From contig DAHWNL010000012.1 in the NCBI GenBank assembly GCA_027339965.1, positions 1 to 64,000 of the forward strand: 64,000 bases of DNA. Reading direction: 5' to 3'. Numbering within the stretch: the first letter of the stretch is position 1; each line of letters starts with the position of its first letter. A program made the translations under genes and the position numbers. Source of the DNA: Granulicella sp. GTDB taxonomy: Bacteria > Acidobacteriota > Terriglobia > Terriglobales > Acidobacteriaceae. Under the pieces are notes generated by a model, which saw only the letters and a list, made by a program, of their open reading frames with translations, was not told the DNA's origin and made no database searches. Positions 51,363-62,162 of the stretch are shown piece by piece.

Positions 51363-52979
51363 TCAGGAGGACATCCTTATACTTGCCGGGCCTGGCGCCG
51401 GGGCGACAACCTGGTGGATCGGCGCCGGACGGCGGGAGGGCAGAGAGACGACCCTCCCCATGAACAAAGCTCCCAAAATCGGCGCAATACGAGTCACCAG
51501 GATGATTGCCAGGGTCATGCCGAAGTTCCCATAACCGAGAAAATAGATCATGCCGCCGAGGAGCTGCTCCGGCACGAGATGGCCAAACCACACCACCACC
51601 ATCAGGCCCCAGGGATACTTCATCACATCCCCGACCACAAAGTCGATCGTGCTGAAGAGCAGAATCCAGATCGCCGGCATCAGCCAGAAGATCCCGCCCC
51701 AGCCCTCGCAGTGGAAGGCCTCTCCCACCGGACTGAACGAGATGCCCGTCGAATAATCGTTCTCAGCCAGCCCGAAGCCGATCTCGTGGGCATAATAGTT
51801 TCCACTGTAAATTCCACCCTTGTTGGGGCTGATAAAATGCGGCAGAAGATTGCCAAAGTATTGATAGATCGGCGCCATCCCGTCGTAATGCCCCTTGGCG
51901 GAATAGGCAATGAGTTCGTCGTCTACCGGGACCATGCTCAGGCGCTCCACAAGAGAGCCCTGAGGCTGGTTGTACCACTCGCCTACGCCACTTGACTCAG
52001 CAGTCTCCTGCAGCCCTCGCACATGCGCTTGCAACTCGGAATAATGCGTCAGCAGATGACCGATCAGCTCCAGGCGCTGCGTATCGTCCAGCCCTTCGGC
52101 AAGATCGCGCGATGCCGACAGCGGAGAGATTGCCAAAAAGCTCGCGGCCACCATGAGAAGCATCGCCGCCACATGAATCACTCGCACCTTGAGTCGCGAG
52201 TAAAAGGCTCCCACCAGCCAGCAGACCATCGGCGTCAGCATCGCCTGCTTGGAGAGCGAGATCAGCCCAAGGTAGAAGAAGTAGAGCAAGGCGAGGATGC
52301 TGATCATATTCGTCGTGCGCCGTCCACCGCTGTCTTTGATCGCCCCAATGGTGACCAGGATCAATCCCAGAGGACCAAAGACGTTTACCTGGACCAGGGC
52401 GCTAACCAGACTTCCCGGCGCCTGTCCGAACATCATGTCCGCATAAACAATTCCCAGCCAGACAATCAGACATCCCAGCCCCGCGCTGGAGTAGTTCAGG
52501 TTCGTGAGGGTCAATTCGCTCGCCACCCCCATCGCTCGAAAGTCAATCTTCTTGTTCAGCATCGTCACCAGCAGCAGCATCAACATGCTGGTGGCATAGA
52601 GTGACATATCCAGCAAAGGAGTAAACAGATTGGAGTCGGCGGGCTCTCCGAGTAAAGCCTTCCATGTGACGCCAAACATGACAATCAATGTTGCGTACCA
52701 GAAGATATAAGCTCCCGAGATCCGCGAGAAGCCCTCGGCGATATTGAAGGCGGCCGCGGCGAGCAGGACAAAGGCGAAGTAGAGCAGGCTGAAGAGGAAC
52801 CCGGTATGTTCCAACTGCTGAACGCAGAAAAACAGCGACGCAAAAAGAAAGGTCTTCGGCAGCGAAACCCGCGTTGGAAGTTTGAGGCGCACCAGCTTGA
52901 GTTTACAGGACGCGCCCCACGCCAACGAGCATCTCCGAAGGGCAGGCAAATCCTGCGCGAGCGCGGCTCTCCGCATCAT
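51363..52979 (-). CDS. Hypothetical polytopic membrane protein (Wzy/polymerase-like topology; start uncertain)
   Basis: About 11-12 hydrophobic segments with one large loop; no diagnostic motif recognised. Confidence 0.7.
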   Translation of the reverse strand: MMRRAALAQDLPALRRCSLAWGASCKLKLVRLKLPTRVSLPKTFLFASLFFCVQQLEHTGFLFSLLYFAFVLLAAAAFNIAEGFSRISGAYIFWYATLIVMFGVTWKALLGEPADSNLFTPLLDMSLYATSMLMLLLVTMLNKKIDFRAMGVASELTLTNLNYSSAGLGCLIVWLGIVYADMMFGQAPGSLVSALVQVNVFGPLGLILVTIGAIKDSGGRRTTNMISILALLYFFYLGLISLSKQAMLTPMVCWLVGAFYSRLKVRVIHVAAMLLMVAASFLAISPLSASRDLAEGLDDTQRLELIGHLLTHYSELQAHVRGLQETAESSGVGEWYNQPQGSLVERLSMVPVDDELIAYSAKGHYDGMAPIYQYFGNLLPHFISPNKGGIYSGNYYAHEIGFGLAENDYSTGISFSPVGEAFHCEGWGGIFWLMPAIWILLFSTIDFVVGDVMKYPWGLMVVVWFGHLVPEQLLGGMIYFLGYGNFGMTLAIILVTRIAPILGALFMGRVVSLPSRRPAPIHQVVAPAPGPASIRMSS

Positions 52980-53121
52980 TTAGTATGGTGGGGAGCTCGG
53001 TCGAATCCATGTCTTTCTTCTCCCTCCAGCCATCCACGCCAGAGACACTGCCTGCCGAAGATCCCTGCCTGCGCTTGGTCAAAGACCGGATCACGAGCGG
53101 TTTCGGACAAAAGGAAACCGG

Positions 53122-55086
53122 ATGATCACGCTCGGCTCCCTTCTCCATCTTTTCCTGGCGATCTGCTGGGGCTGTACCGTCTTCCTTGCGATATCCGGAC
53201 TAGGCGCCATCCTGCTCCGTGGTTCGGGTCTGCGCAGGGCATCGCTCGCCATGGCTGCCGTAGCCGGCTTTGGCGTGACGATCTTTTGCGGCGGCTGCCT
53301 GAACCTTTTGCATGCTATTAACCATCCGGTGCGGCTCTGCCTGGTTGGGGCGGGGCTGGCCGGCTTCATCCTGACTCGTCCCAGATTGCCTGCCTACCCC
53401 TGCGCCGACTCTGCCCCAGCCAGACTCACAACTACCACCCTTTCAGCAGGCCCGGCGCGGCAGTATATCGCAGAGCAGGCTGCTTTCTGGCTCGCAACGG
53501 TGGTGTTTGTGGTGCGCCTCGCGGCTACGGTGCACACCCCGTATTACCAGCATGACGATGACTACAACTTCTATCTCGCCGCCCCCGTCAAGATGGATGC
53601 CCTGCATGAGTACGCTCCCGATCCCTTCAGCGAACGCCGCGTGATGTCTTCCCTGGGCGGCAACTACTTTCTCCAGTCCCTCGTACTGACCGAGCTGCCC
53701 CTGGAGGATGTGCAAATGGCCGACCGCGCCTCCGGACTGCTGCTGCTGGGCTGCGTTGCCCTGGAGCTGGGCGCCGTCTTCCGTCTCTACCCCCTGCAAC
53801 GCGCGTTGCTGACCCTCTTCCTGCTCATCACCCCACAGCTTCAGTTCAACCTCACCTTTGTCGACCTGCCGTTCGCTCTCTTCGCCGGCCTGGTCCTTCT
53901 GGCTGCGGACCTTGACACCTTTTGGGATCATCCCCGGCTCCAGGCGGTCCTGCTCGGCATCACGGCAGCAGGTATCTCGACCCTGAAGTCCACCTACCTT
54001 CCGCATGGTGTCCTTTTCCTTGCCTGCATCGTGCTTCTCCACGCCCGGTACCGCAGCCTTCGGGCGGGCGTTGAGACGCTGCTGCTGGCAGCACTGGGAT
54101 CTCTTCTGGTGCTGGCGCCGTGGATGATCGCCAGCCACAGCGCCTCCGGCACCTGGTTCTATCCCATCCTCGGCAAGGGCTATCAATACAGCGCCTACGG
54201 TCTCTTCCCTCCGCCGTCAGGCGGCCATACGGTAAAAATTGTGGCCAAGGTGATGCTCTTCAACCTGCCGCTGGCCGCCGTGCTGCTTCTGGAGTGGTTC
54301 TGGTGCGAACGGGATGAGCAGACGCGCGTGCTCGCCGCGCTCACCGCGGCGGCGCTCAGCGCATCCGTCCTGGTGGGCTTGGCCACCGGCGGCGACTCTG
54401 TGCGCCGATACAATTACCCGGCCATCCTCGCCGCCATTCTGTTCCTCTATCTCGCCGCCGCAGTCAAAGCGAATCTTGCTCCATCGCTGCGATCCCTATC
54501 GCAGCATTGGGGCAGCGCGGTGCTCTGCCTCTGTCTGGCCATGTACGTCGGCTTCAACTCCTGGACCCACGAGTACGCCATGACCTTCCAGTGTCTGAGG
54601 ACCAGCCTGACGGACTTCCACATCGAGCCGGAAGCCACGGTGCTGGCCTATCGCGCCATGGAGCTCGCCATTCCCTCCGCGCCTGGCCAAGCTCCGGGAG
54701 GCGCAACGGATGGGACCATCGCTACCGTTGACTTTCCGTTCCTGCTCGACTTCCGCTCACACGCCATTGATATCGCCGATATCCCCGGAGCCGCCAGCCT
54801 GCCTCCAGGCTGGCCCAGCCGCTCCGATGGAGATGCGCTGGCGGCCTACCTACTCTCCCACCACCTGAGGTACCTTGCCCTGAGCTTTGACAGCTCCACC
54901 CTGCCCAACGTCACCCTGCGGGAACAGGATGAGCTGGCCGATCCCAACACAACCCAGTGGATTCGGAGCGAAGCGCAGATCCGGCTGGCAAGCTATCGCC
55001 AGTTTGCCCAACTCCTGCAAAGCCGCCGCCACATCTACGATCACGGAGATCTGATCGTCCTCGACCTGGCCACGCCGGCCGGCTGA
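53122..55086 (+). CDS. Hypothetical polytopic membrane protein, possible GT-C glycosyltransferase
   Basis: Many TM helices; acidic HDDDYNFY loop; RRYNYP; soluble C-terminal domain; SD AAGGA. Confidence 0.72.
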   Translation: MITLGSLLHLFLAICWGCTVFLAISGLGAILLRGSGLRRASLAMAAVAGFGVTIFCGGCLNLLHAINHPVRLCLVGAGLAGFILTRPRLPAYPCADSAPARLTTTTLSAGPARQYIAEQAAFWLATVVFVVRLAATVHTPYYQHDDDYNFYLAAPVKMDALHEYAPDPFSERRVMSSLGGNYFLQSLVLTELPLEDVQMADRASGLLLLGCVALELGAVFRLYPLQRALLTLFLLITPQLQFNLTFVDLPFALFAGLVLLAADLDTFWDHPRLQAVLLGITAAGISTLKSTYLPHGVLFLACIVLLHARYRSLRAGVETLLLAALGSLLVLAPWMIASHSASGTWFYPILGKGYQYSAYGLFPPPSGGHTVKIVAKVMLFNLPLAAVLLLEWFWCERDEQTRVLAALTAAALSASVLVGLATGGDSVRRYNYPAILAAILFLYLAAAVKANLAPSLRSLSQHWGSAVLCLCLAMYVGFNSWTHEYAMTFQCLRTSLTDFHIEPEATVLAYRAMELAIPSAPGQAPGGATDGTIATVDFPFLLDFRSHAIDIADIPGAASLPPGWPSRSDGDALAAYLLSHHLRYLALSFDSSTLPNVTLREQDELADPNTTQWIRSEAQIRLASYRQFAQLLQSRRHIYDHGDLIVLDLATPAG

Positions 55087-55212
55087 CGCGGCCCCCGTTC
55101 TTCACAGCATCCTGAGTGTTGATGAGTTCCCCAATGAGGGGTGTAGCGTTGGATCCATCACGGAAACGCTGATCGAGGCCAGGGCGTGCCTCGGCACCTG
55201 CGCCGAAAATGC

Positions 55213-56319
55213 TCAGCGTATCTGCACCAGGCCGGAGGAAGCGCCGTGCCCCTCCCCACCGGGCGTCACTGTTGTCTTCTGGGGTGCCCGCCAGTGGTCA
55301 ATGTAGCTAACCTGGTGCACACAACTGATCGTGCAGTTCGGCGCGCAGGACTTCTCGGTGAGAAACTCGCGCTTGACCATCGCAGTCGTGTACTCGGCGA
55401 TGGGAATACCCGGATACCCGCGCTGTTGCGAGCAGTAGGAGACGATCCCGTTCTCATCGACATACAGATAACGCGACCCTGCACGGCAGCGCCAATCATT
55501 CGGCAGTCCGTTGGCGATCGCCTCCTGGAAGCCGTTGAATCGCGAGTAGCTGCGCCGCGTGAGCCGTCGAACCTCATCCCAAACCTTGCGCTCACGGCTT
55601 CCCAACGGCTTCAACTGACCGCTGCCGTCGTGGATGATCCCGATCGTCGAACTGAATCCCAACTCCAGCGCCCTGCGGGAGATGGTCAAGGCATCCTCAG
55701 GGTTTGCAATCCCACCCCCCACCACGGAGTTGATGTTCACGTGAAACTCCGCGTGCTCGGCCAGCATCGCCAGTTTCGCGTCCAGCACCTTGAGCGACTT
55801 CTTCGAGACCTCATCGGGCATCACATTATCGATGGAGATCTGCATATGATCCAGCCCAGCCTGGTTCAGCCGCTCAATCCTCTCCGGCATCAGCAGATAG
55901 CCGTTCGTGATCATGCCCGCAATCGCACCCGTGCCCCGTATGCTGCGGATAACCTCGTCCAGCTCGGGATGGAGCAGAGGCTCTCCCCCGGAGATGGTGA
56001 TCACGGAGGTTCCCAGCCGCCCCAGATGAGCCACTCTCCGCCGCATCTCTTCCACGCTCACGGGGTTGGAGACATCGTCGAACTCATTGCAATAGGTGCA
56101 AGCCAGATTGCAGCGCCGCATGGGCACAATGTGGGCCATGTACGGGTGACCCGTACTGGCCAGGGCGGAGGCGATCGACCCAACCTCGCGCAGCCGGCGG
56201 GCCGCGGCAATCAACCGCCGGCGGGCAGCGCCGCGCCGCCCGGAGTTCACCTTGACAGGCTGTGCCTTGGCCGAGGAACCCTGGAGAGCTGGATTCGGAG
56301 CTTGCGAGGTTGTTGTCAT
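55213..56319 (-). CDS. Radical SAM protein with C-terminal auxiliary Cys domain
   Basis: CNLACTYC, ISGGEPLLHP, ITNG, CRAG..YC..CAPNCTISC. Confidence 0.9.
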   Translation of the reverse strand: MTTTSQAPNPALQGSSAKAQPVKVNSGRRGAARRRLIAAARRLREVGSIASALASTGHPYMAHIVPMRRCNLACTYCNEFDDVSNPVSVEEMRRRVAHLGRLGTSVITISGGEPLLHPELDEVIRSIRGTGAIAGMITNGYLLMPERIERLNQAGLDHMQISIDNVMPDEVSKKSLKVLDAKLAMLAEHAEFHVNINSVVGGGIANPEDALTISRRALELGFSSTIGIIHDGSGQLKPLGSRERKVWDEVRRLTRRSYSRFNGFQEAIANGLPNDWRCRAGSRYLYVDENGIVSYCSQQRGYPGIPIAEYTTAMVKREFLTEKSCAPNCTISCVHQVSYIDHWRAPQKTTVTPGGEGHGASSGLVQIR

Positions 56320-56441
56320 AGAAGCCTGCTGGTTTCCGCGTTGCTGAACCGATCTGCCTATTCTATCGCGCCACCCCCCTTGGCCGCCGCAACGCAACCC
56401 TGCATTGCCGGTCGTAAAATGTAGCTCGGGAGGCGAGACGG

Positions 56442-56663
56442 ATGCCGCGCGAACTTGACTGGTCTGACGCTCTGGAGATTGGAATTCAACTGCAGGAGAT
56501 GTTCCCGGATACCGATCCCTACTCGGTTCGATTCACCGATCTGCATAAGTGGGTCACCCAGCTTCCGGGCTTCATTGGAGATCCCGCCAAGTCCAATGAA
56601 AGCATCCTGGAGGCCATCCAAATGGCGTGGCATGAAGAGTACGAGGACGCCAAAAACCCGTAG
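56442..56663 (+). CDS. iscX: Fe-S cluster assembly protein IscX
   Basis: LDWSDALEIGIQL..DPYSVRFTDLHKWV..SNESILEAIQMAW; SD GGAGG. Confidence 0.93.
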   Translation: MPRELDWSDALEIGIQLQEMFPDTDPYSVRFTDLHKWVTQLPGFIGDPAKSNESILEAIQMAWHEEYEDAKNP

Positions 56664-56957
56664 TCCTATCGTTCCGCAGGGACAAGGTATTGACCGGATC
56701 CCCGTTAACCCTTCCTACCCCTCTTGGTGGAAGTATCTGCAGCAGCGGTAGAGCCCGGCTTCTCGTCCCCGTGTGAGCATCTGTAGGCCCGGTTCTCCGG
56801 CAGGCTGGACGGCGGGGCAATCTGCCCTGATCCTCGCCTGCAGGGAGATCTTTTGGGTCTATCGAAAAATCTTGCTGCGCAAGTCGCTCTGGCGGAGATA
56901 ACATCTTTCGATATGAGTCTTTCGGCTTCGCCCACGCCGTTTCTCACTTCACCTCCG

Positions 56958-57560
56958 ATGGCTGGACGGCCTCACTCCGGTCGTCCCCGCTCTTTTGATC
57001 GCGATCAAGCTCTGGACGCAGCCATGCGGGTCTTCTGGAGACAAGGCTATGAAGGGGCATCGCTCAGCGACCTGACGGCCGCCATGGGGATCAATCGTCC
57101 CAGCCTGTACGCCGCCTTCGGCGACAAAGCCGGCCTCTTCCGCGAGGCGGTTGCCCGCTACGGCATCGGCCCGGGACGGTACGTTCGCCGCGCCCTCGGC
57201 CTGCCCCGAGCCCGCCAAGTTGCCGAGATGCTTCTCCGCGGCACAGTCGATATCGCCACCGACGAGGCCAATCCCGGCGGCTGCCTCTGGGTCCAGGGAG
57301 CCCTGGTCACCAGCTCCGAAGGGGAGCCGATCTGCCGTGAGATGGCAGCCATCCGGGAACGCGGCATCGCTCAGATGCGGGAGCGCTTCGAGCGCGCCTG
57401 CCGGGAAAGCGACCTGCCCGCCACCACCAACGTTCCCGCTCTCACGCTCTTCCTGGTGAGCATGATGAACGGCCTGGCGGTGCAGGCATGCAGCGGCCAC
57501 AGCCGCGAGGCCCTCAACAGCGCCGTCGATCTGGCCTTGAAGGCTTGGCCCAGCGCCTGA
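56958..57560 (+). CDS. TetR/AcrR family transcriptional regulator (start may be 56913)
   Basis: GRPRSFDRDQALDAAMRVFWRQGYEGASLSDLTAAMGINRPSLYAAFGDK. Confidence 0.93.
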   Translation: MAGRPHSGRPRSFDRDQALDAAMRVFWRQGYEGASLSDLTAAMGINRPSLYAAFGDKAGLFREAVARYGIGPGRYVRRALGLPRARQVAEMLLRGTVDIATDEANPGGCLWVQGALVTSSEGEPICREMAAIRERGIAQMRERFERACRESDLPATTNVPALTLFLVSMMNGLAVQACSGHSREALNSAVDLALKAWPSA

Positions 57561-57703
57561 ACAGCCTGCCCTCCGGCGGCTCGGCAGGACCGGCGCCGCC
57601 GGGCACGACCCGGCTGCAGCCCATGGCCGCACAGAAGCCCATCCAGCAGAGAAGGCCGCCCCGGAGGGAGACAGCCTGTCACTTTGCGCAAATCTTCGTG
57701 AAT

Positions 57704-58351
57704 CTATTTTGATTTGGAAGCGGAGTGATTCGGCGCGGAGGACTTCACCATGGCCTCGGCCTGATCGATCGCCTGATAGAGGTCGGATACATCCTTGACC
57801 TGTATCCATCCCTTTGTCGTCGCCACAACAATCGTAGGGGTCTCCATAAGGCCCAGCTTCACGCCCAGCGCATTGTCCGCATCCACCTCCCGCGCCAGTT
57901 GCCCGTGAGGATCGAGGACGAACGGCAACTGCTTGCCATGCCGCGCAAAAAACTGCTGGGTGAATTTGGTGAGATCGTCCGGGCTGGCGATCTCGAACTG
58001 GGAGGCGAAGACCTCCCGGCGATACTCCGTGGCCAGTTCCGGCGAGACTTCATCCTGCAGATAGCGCGCATAGAGCGAAGCCTGATAGCTCCACATGTGG
58101 CCCGGAATGTGAAAGTCATACCGGACATAGGGAATGTGGTAGTGGTCCACCGCCATGTGAACAAACGGGAACGCATGCGCGCATGCGGGGCACTCCAGAT
58201 CTTCCCATTCGATCAGCGCGATCTTGTCTCCGGGGGGTGGTACCAGCATCGAGGTGTTCTTGAAGTGGTCAACTTCATTGGGTGGGAGCGAAGTCTGGGC
58301 GCTCGCCGCAACGGCTGCGAACGAAGCCAGAAGGATTGCGGGAAGAATCAT
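57704..58351 (-). CDS. DsbA-like thioredoxin-fold periplasmic protein
   Basis: Signal peptide; EWEDLECPAC; cis-Pro motif ETPT. Confidence 0.88.
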   Translation of the reverse strand: MILPAILLASFAAVAASAQTSLPPNEVDHFKNTSMLVPPPGDKIALIEWEDLECPACAHAFPFVHMAVDHYHIPYVRYDFHIPGHMWSYQASLYARYLQDEVSPELATEYRREVFASQFEIASPDDLTKFTQQFFARHGKQLPFVLDPHGQLAREVDADNALGVKLGLMETPTIVVATTKGWIQVKDVSDLYQAIDQAEAMVKSSAPNHSASKSK

Positions 58352-58595
58352 CTTTTTTGACAGAGGAGATAGACGCAAGCGCTGTGCCTTTGCGAGCAAG
58401 TGTGCTCAAATCCCTATTGAATCATCAAGTCGTCAAATCGCCAAACGATAGGTCGTGGCGCTTCTCCCCGGGGCGGCAGGCGTACTGCGCGGCGGCCCAT
58501 GCCCATCGGCAGCCCGCCGCAGCCCTGCGCGCAACGCCAGCAGCCCCAGCCAGATTCAGGAGCCTCCGCCACCGGGTAGAGTCAACGCCATCCGG

Positions 58596-60002
58596 CTACT
58601 TCCCGGGGCTATTTTCTGGGGCCGGCGCTGGGGCGGGCAGAACCGCCTGCCCCTCCAGCCAATCGCCCGCCGTCAAGTCCCGAGGCATCACTTCGATCGG
58701 TTCAAGATCGGCCAGCTCCTTTTCGGCTCCGCTGATGCGCTGCAACTTGCGCGCCTGTGGGAAGACGCGGGCCTCGACGGATCCGACAAAGCCGTTGTAC
58801 TCCTTGATCGAAGCCTTAAGACCTTTCCCAACCCCTTCCAAAAACTCGGTCGACCGCCGGAAGCGCTCATAGAGTTCCGTCGCCACCTGGAAGATTTGCT
58901 TGGCCTCCTGAGCTACCTTGGCCTCTCGCCAGCCCAGGGCAACTGCGCGCAGGATGGTAAGCAGCGTGGTGGGCGAAGCCAGAATCACCGACTTGCGCGC
59001 GGCGTAGTCCAGCAGATCCGCATCGGCTGCAACAGCCGCGCTGAAGTACGCCTCCAGAGGCAGAAAACAGACGACGAAGTCCGCCGATCCCTCCATGTGG
59101 CTCTGATACTCTTTACCGGCCAGCTCGTCCACCCGCTGCCGCACCGCTCTGGCGTGCTCCACCAGCTTCTGCTGTTGCACCGCCGGATCGCTCGAGCTCG
59201 CGGCCTCCGCATAGGCCACCATCGACACCTTGGAATCCACCACAATCACCCGATGGTTGGGCAAATGGACGATCATATCGGGATAGAGCCTGCGCTTCTC
59301 CTCTGTAACCGCATCTTCCCTGGTGACATAGGCCTGCAGCGTGAAGTCACAGCGCTCTTCCATGCCGGAGAGCTCCGCAATGCGCTTGAGCTGCAACTCC
59401 CCCCAGTTCCCCCGCTTCTTGGTCTCCTTGAGAGCCGCCGCCAACTGCCGCGTCTCAGCCAGCAGGCCGGCTTCGGACTGGCGCAGGCTCCTGACGCTCT
59501 CATCCAGACTCTTCAGCTTTTCAGCCATTGGCTGAATGAGACCATCCATCTCCGCCTTGCGGGTCTTCAACTCTCCGGACGATTCTTTCTGCAGCTCCTT
59601 GAGCTTGCTCTCCGCCAGGTCCAGAAAGGTCTTTCCGTTGCTTTGCAGCGCGTCCACGGCGGCCTCGGCAAACTGCGCCTTCAGCAGGTTCTTGGCCTCC
59701 TCTTCAGCCTGCGCCCTGCTGCGCAGCGCGGCATGGTCCTGCCGAAGCCGGCTGAGATCCTGCTGGAGTGTTGTTCGCTCCTCCACCAGTTCCTGACGCT
59801 GCTGGGTCAAGTCTCTGAACTCCGCATCCCGATTCGCCAGCCGTTCACTCAAAACCGCCAGCTCGCGGTCCTTTTCAACCACCAGCTCCCGGGACAAGGC
59901 GGCTTCGGCCTGTGACTGACGCTCTCTGCGGGCAAAATGAAACAGAAGCGCCACCAGCAGCAGAAGCACCGCGGTGAAAGCCAACACGATGATGGATTGC
60001 AT
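58596..60002 (-). CDS. rmuC: DNA recombination protein RmuC
   Basis: N-terminal TM, coiled coil, RGNWGELQL, PDMIVHLP..VVDSK, DFVVCFLPLE, ASPTTLL. Confidence 0.93.
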   Translation of the reverse strand: MQSIIVLAFTAVLLLLVALLFHFARRERQSQAEAALSRELVVEKDRELAVLSERLANRDAEFRDLTQQRQELVEERTTLQQDLSRLRQDHAALRSRAQAEEEAKNLLKAQFAEAAVDALQSNGKTFLDLAESKLKELQKESSGELKTRKAEMDGLIQPMAEKLKSLDESVRSLRQSEAGLLAETRQLAAALKETKKRGNWGELQLKRIAELSGMEERCDFTLQAYVTREDAVTEEKRRLYPDMIVHLPNHRVIVVDSKVSMVAYAEAASSSDPAVQQQKLVEHARAVRQRVDELAGKEYQSHMEGSADFVVCFLPLEAYFSAAVAADADLLDYAARKSVILASPTTLLTILRAVALGWREAKVAQEAKQIFQVATELYERFRRSTEFLEGVGKGLKASIKEYNGFVGSVEARVFPQARKLQRISGAEKELADLEPIEVMPRDLTAGDWLEGQAVLPAPAPAPENSPGK

Positions 60003-60411
60003 AGAACCTCAGCAAGATTCTATTCTCGGGCACTCCCGTTATCTGCTCCGGCGCATGAATGTCTTGCGGCGACAGATCACGCACTCCCAAGGGAACCACC
60101 CCGCCACACTGAGCAGATAGCGCTGCAACACGCCGCGACGATTGACTCTGCGGAATCTTGCCGATCCGCACCAGAAACACACCTTGACAGCCATGGAAAG
60201 ACCTTTGCCGCTGCGCCTGGATGCTTGCGATCCCGGCCTCTTGCGGCAGCAACGCACCTGGAGGCAGCCGCACCGAAATTCTCTTGCCCTTCCCCTGGCT
60301 GGCTTATGCTCTGGCGGGCAAGTTCAGGCTAGAATATACCTGAGTTTCATCGCCGGGGTGGTTCCGGGGTTGACCGGCATCTGATTTCACGGTTGTGACC
60401 CGCCCGGCTTC

Positions 60412-60440
60412 TTTACACCGTCCAAGCGCGTCGGTATGCT
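60412..60440 (+). promoter_or_regulatory. Sigma70-type promoter for acpP-fabF
   Basis: TTTACA-N17-TATGCT. Confidence 0.6.
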
Positions 60441-60528
60441 TTCACACTGGGGCAGTCAGTGGGGCACCTCACGGAGAGAGAGGCCCTTGTCCGCGCCCTA
60501 ACCCAAGGACTTCATAGGAGATCGCACG

Positions 60529-60771
60529 ATGGCAGCAGTTGATGAGAAGGTGAAACAGATTATTGTCGAACAGCTTCAGGTGGATGAAGCCGAAGTCACT
60601 CCCGGAGCCAGCTTTCAGGAGGATCTCGGAGCCGACTCACTCGACGTCGTCGAACTGGTGATGCAGTTCGAAGAGGCCTTCGACATCCAGATCCCCGATG
60701 AGGATGCCGAGAAGATCAAGACGGTGAAGGACGCGATCGAGTACATCGAGAAACACCAGAAGGCGAAGTAG
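60529..60771 (+). CDS. acpP: Acyl carrier protein
   Basis: [14 protein letters not shown] phosphopantetheine site; SD AGGAG. Confidence 0.98.
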   Translation: MAAVDEKVKQIIVEQLQVDEAEVTPGASFQEDLGADSLDVVELVMQFEEAFDIQIPDEDAEKIKTVKDAIEYIEKHQKAK

Positions 60772-60908
60772 TTCGCTCCGCTCGTTTCGGATGGAATGCC
60801 AGGCTTCGCCGCCGGTCAACAGATGACCATGGCTGAGACCATTCCGGCCTTCCGGCATCGACACCGAAGCAGCCGCGGCTGGCGGAGAAAAAGAGGATTG
60901 AGAGAAAG

Positions 60909-62162
60909 ATGTCGCAACGTCGTGTCGTTGTAACGGGTATGGGCCTGATCTGTGGAGTGGGGAACACCGCTCCGCAGGTGTGGGAGAGCCTGCTGGCAGG
61001 AAAGAGCGGCATGGCGGAGATCACGGCATTTGATCTCACCGGTCACTCCGTCCGTATCGCCGCCGAGGTGAAGAACTTCGACGTACACCAGTTTGTGGAG
61101 AAGAAGGAGGCCCGCAAGATGGGCCGCTTCATCCACTTCGCGGTGGCGGCCGCGCAGGAGGCCATGCAGCACTCCGGCCTCTCCGTTACCCCCGAAAACT
61201 GCGACCGGATCGGCGTCCATATCGGCTCCGGCATCGGCGGATTCGACATCATCGAACGTGAGCACACGGCGCTGATGAACGGCGGCCCACGCAAGATCTC
61301 TCCCTTCTTCATTCCCGCCACCATCATCAACCTGGCCGCCGGCCATGTCTCCATCCGCTTCGGCGCCAAGGGCCCGAATGAGGCCACCGCGACCGCTTGC
61401 ACCAGTTCCGCTCATTCGATTGGTGACGCCTTTCGCATCATCCAGCGTGGAGATGCAGACGCGATGATCGCCGGTGGAGCGGAGGCCGCCATCACTCCCC
61501 TCTCCGTGGGCGGCTTCGCCTCCATGAAGGCCCTTTCCACCCGCAACGATGACCCTACCCACGCCTGCCGGCCTTTTGACCGGGATCGTGACGGCTTCGT
61601 CTGCGGCGAAGGCGCCGGCATGCTCATCCTGGAGGAGTTAGGCATGGCCCAGGCTCGGGGCGCTCACATCCTGGCTGAGATCGTTGGCTATGGAATGAGC
61701 GGAGACGCTTACCACATCACGGGCATGGCTCCGGACGGAGACGGCTGCCGCCGCGCCATGCAGGCGGCTCTGCGCGTTGCCGGCCTCTCTTCGGACAAGA
61801 TCGATTATGTCAACGCCCACGCTACTTCCACCGCCGTCGGCGACTCGCTCGAGTCGCAGGCGATTGAAAACGTCTTTGGAGAAAAGGCAAAGAGCCACCA
61901 GCTTCTGGTCAGCTCCACCAAGTCCATGACCGGCCATCTGCTGGGCGGCGCTGGAGGCCTGGAAGCCGGCATCACCATCATGGCTTTGCTGCATCAGATT
62001 GCCCCCCCCACCATCAACCTGGACAACGTAGACCCGAGCTGCCGCCTCAACTATGTTCCCAACCGGCCCCAGCCGGCCAGAATCGACTACGCGATCTCCA
62101 ACAGCTTTGGCTTCGGCGGCACCAACGGTTCGCTGGTCTTCAAGCGCTGGGGAGCGGAGTAG
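60909..62162 (+). CDS. fabF: Beta-ketoacyl-ACP synthase II
   Basis: RRVVVTGMG, TACTSS, NAHATST, STKSMTGHLLG, SNSFGFGGTN. Confidence 0.97.
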   Translation: MSQRRVVVTGMGLICGVGNTAPQVWESLLAGKSGMAEITAFDLTGHSVRIAAEVKNFDVHQFVEKKEARKMGRFIHFAVAAAQEAMQHSGLSVTPENCDRIGVHIGSGIGGFDIIEREHTALMNGGPRKISPFFIPATIINLAAGHVSIRFGAKGPNEATATACTSSAHSIGDAFRIIQRGDADAMIAGGAEAAITPLSVGGFASMKALSTRNDDPTHACRPFDRDRDGFVCGEGAGMLILEELGMAQARGAHILAEIVGYGMSGDAYHITGMAPDGDGCRRAMQAALRVAGLSSDKIDYVNAHATSTAVGDSLESQAIENVFGEKAKSHQLLVSSTKSMTGHLLGGAGGLEAGITIMALLHQIAPPTINLDNVDPSCRLNYVPNRPQPARIDYAISNSFGFGGTNGSLVFKRWGAE

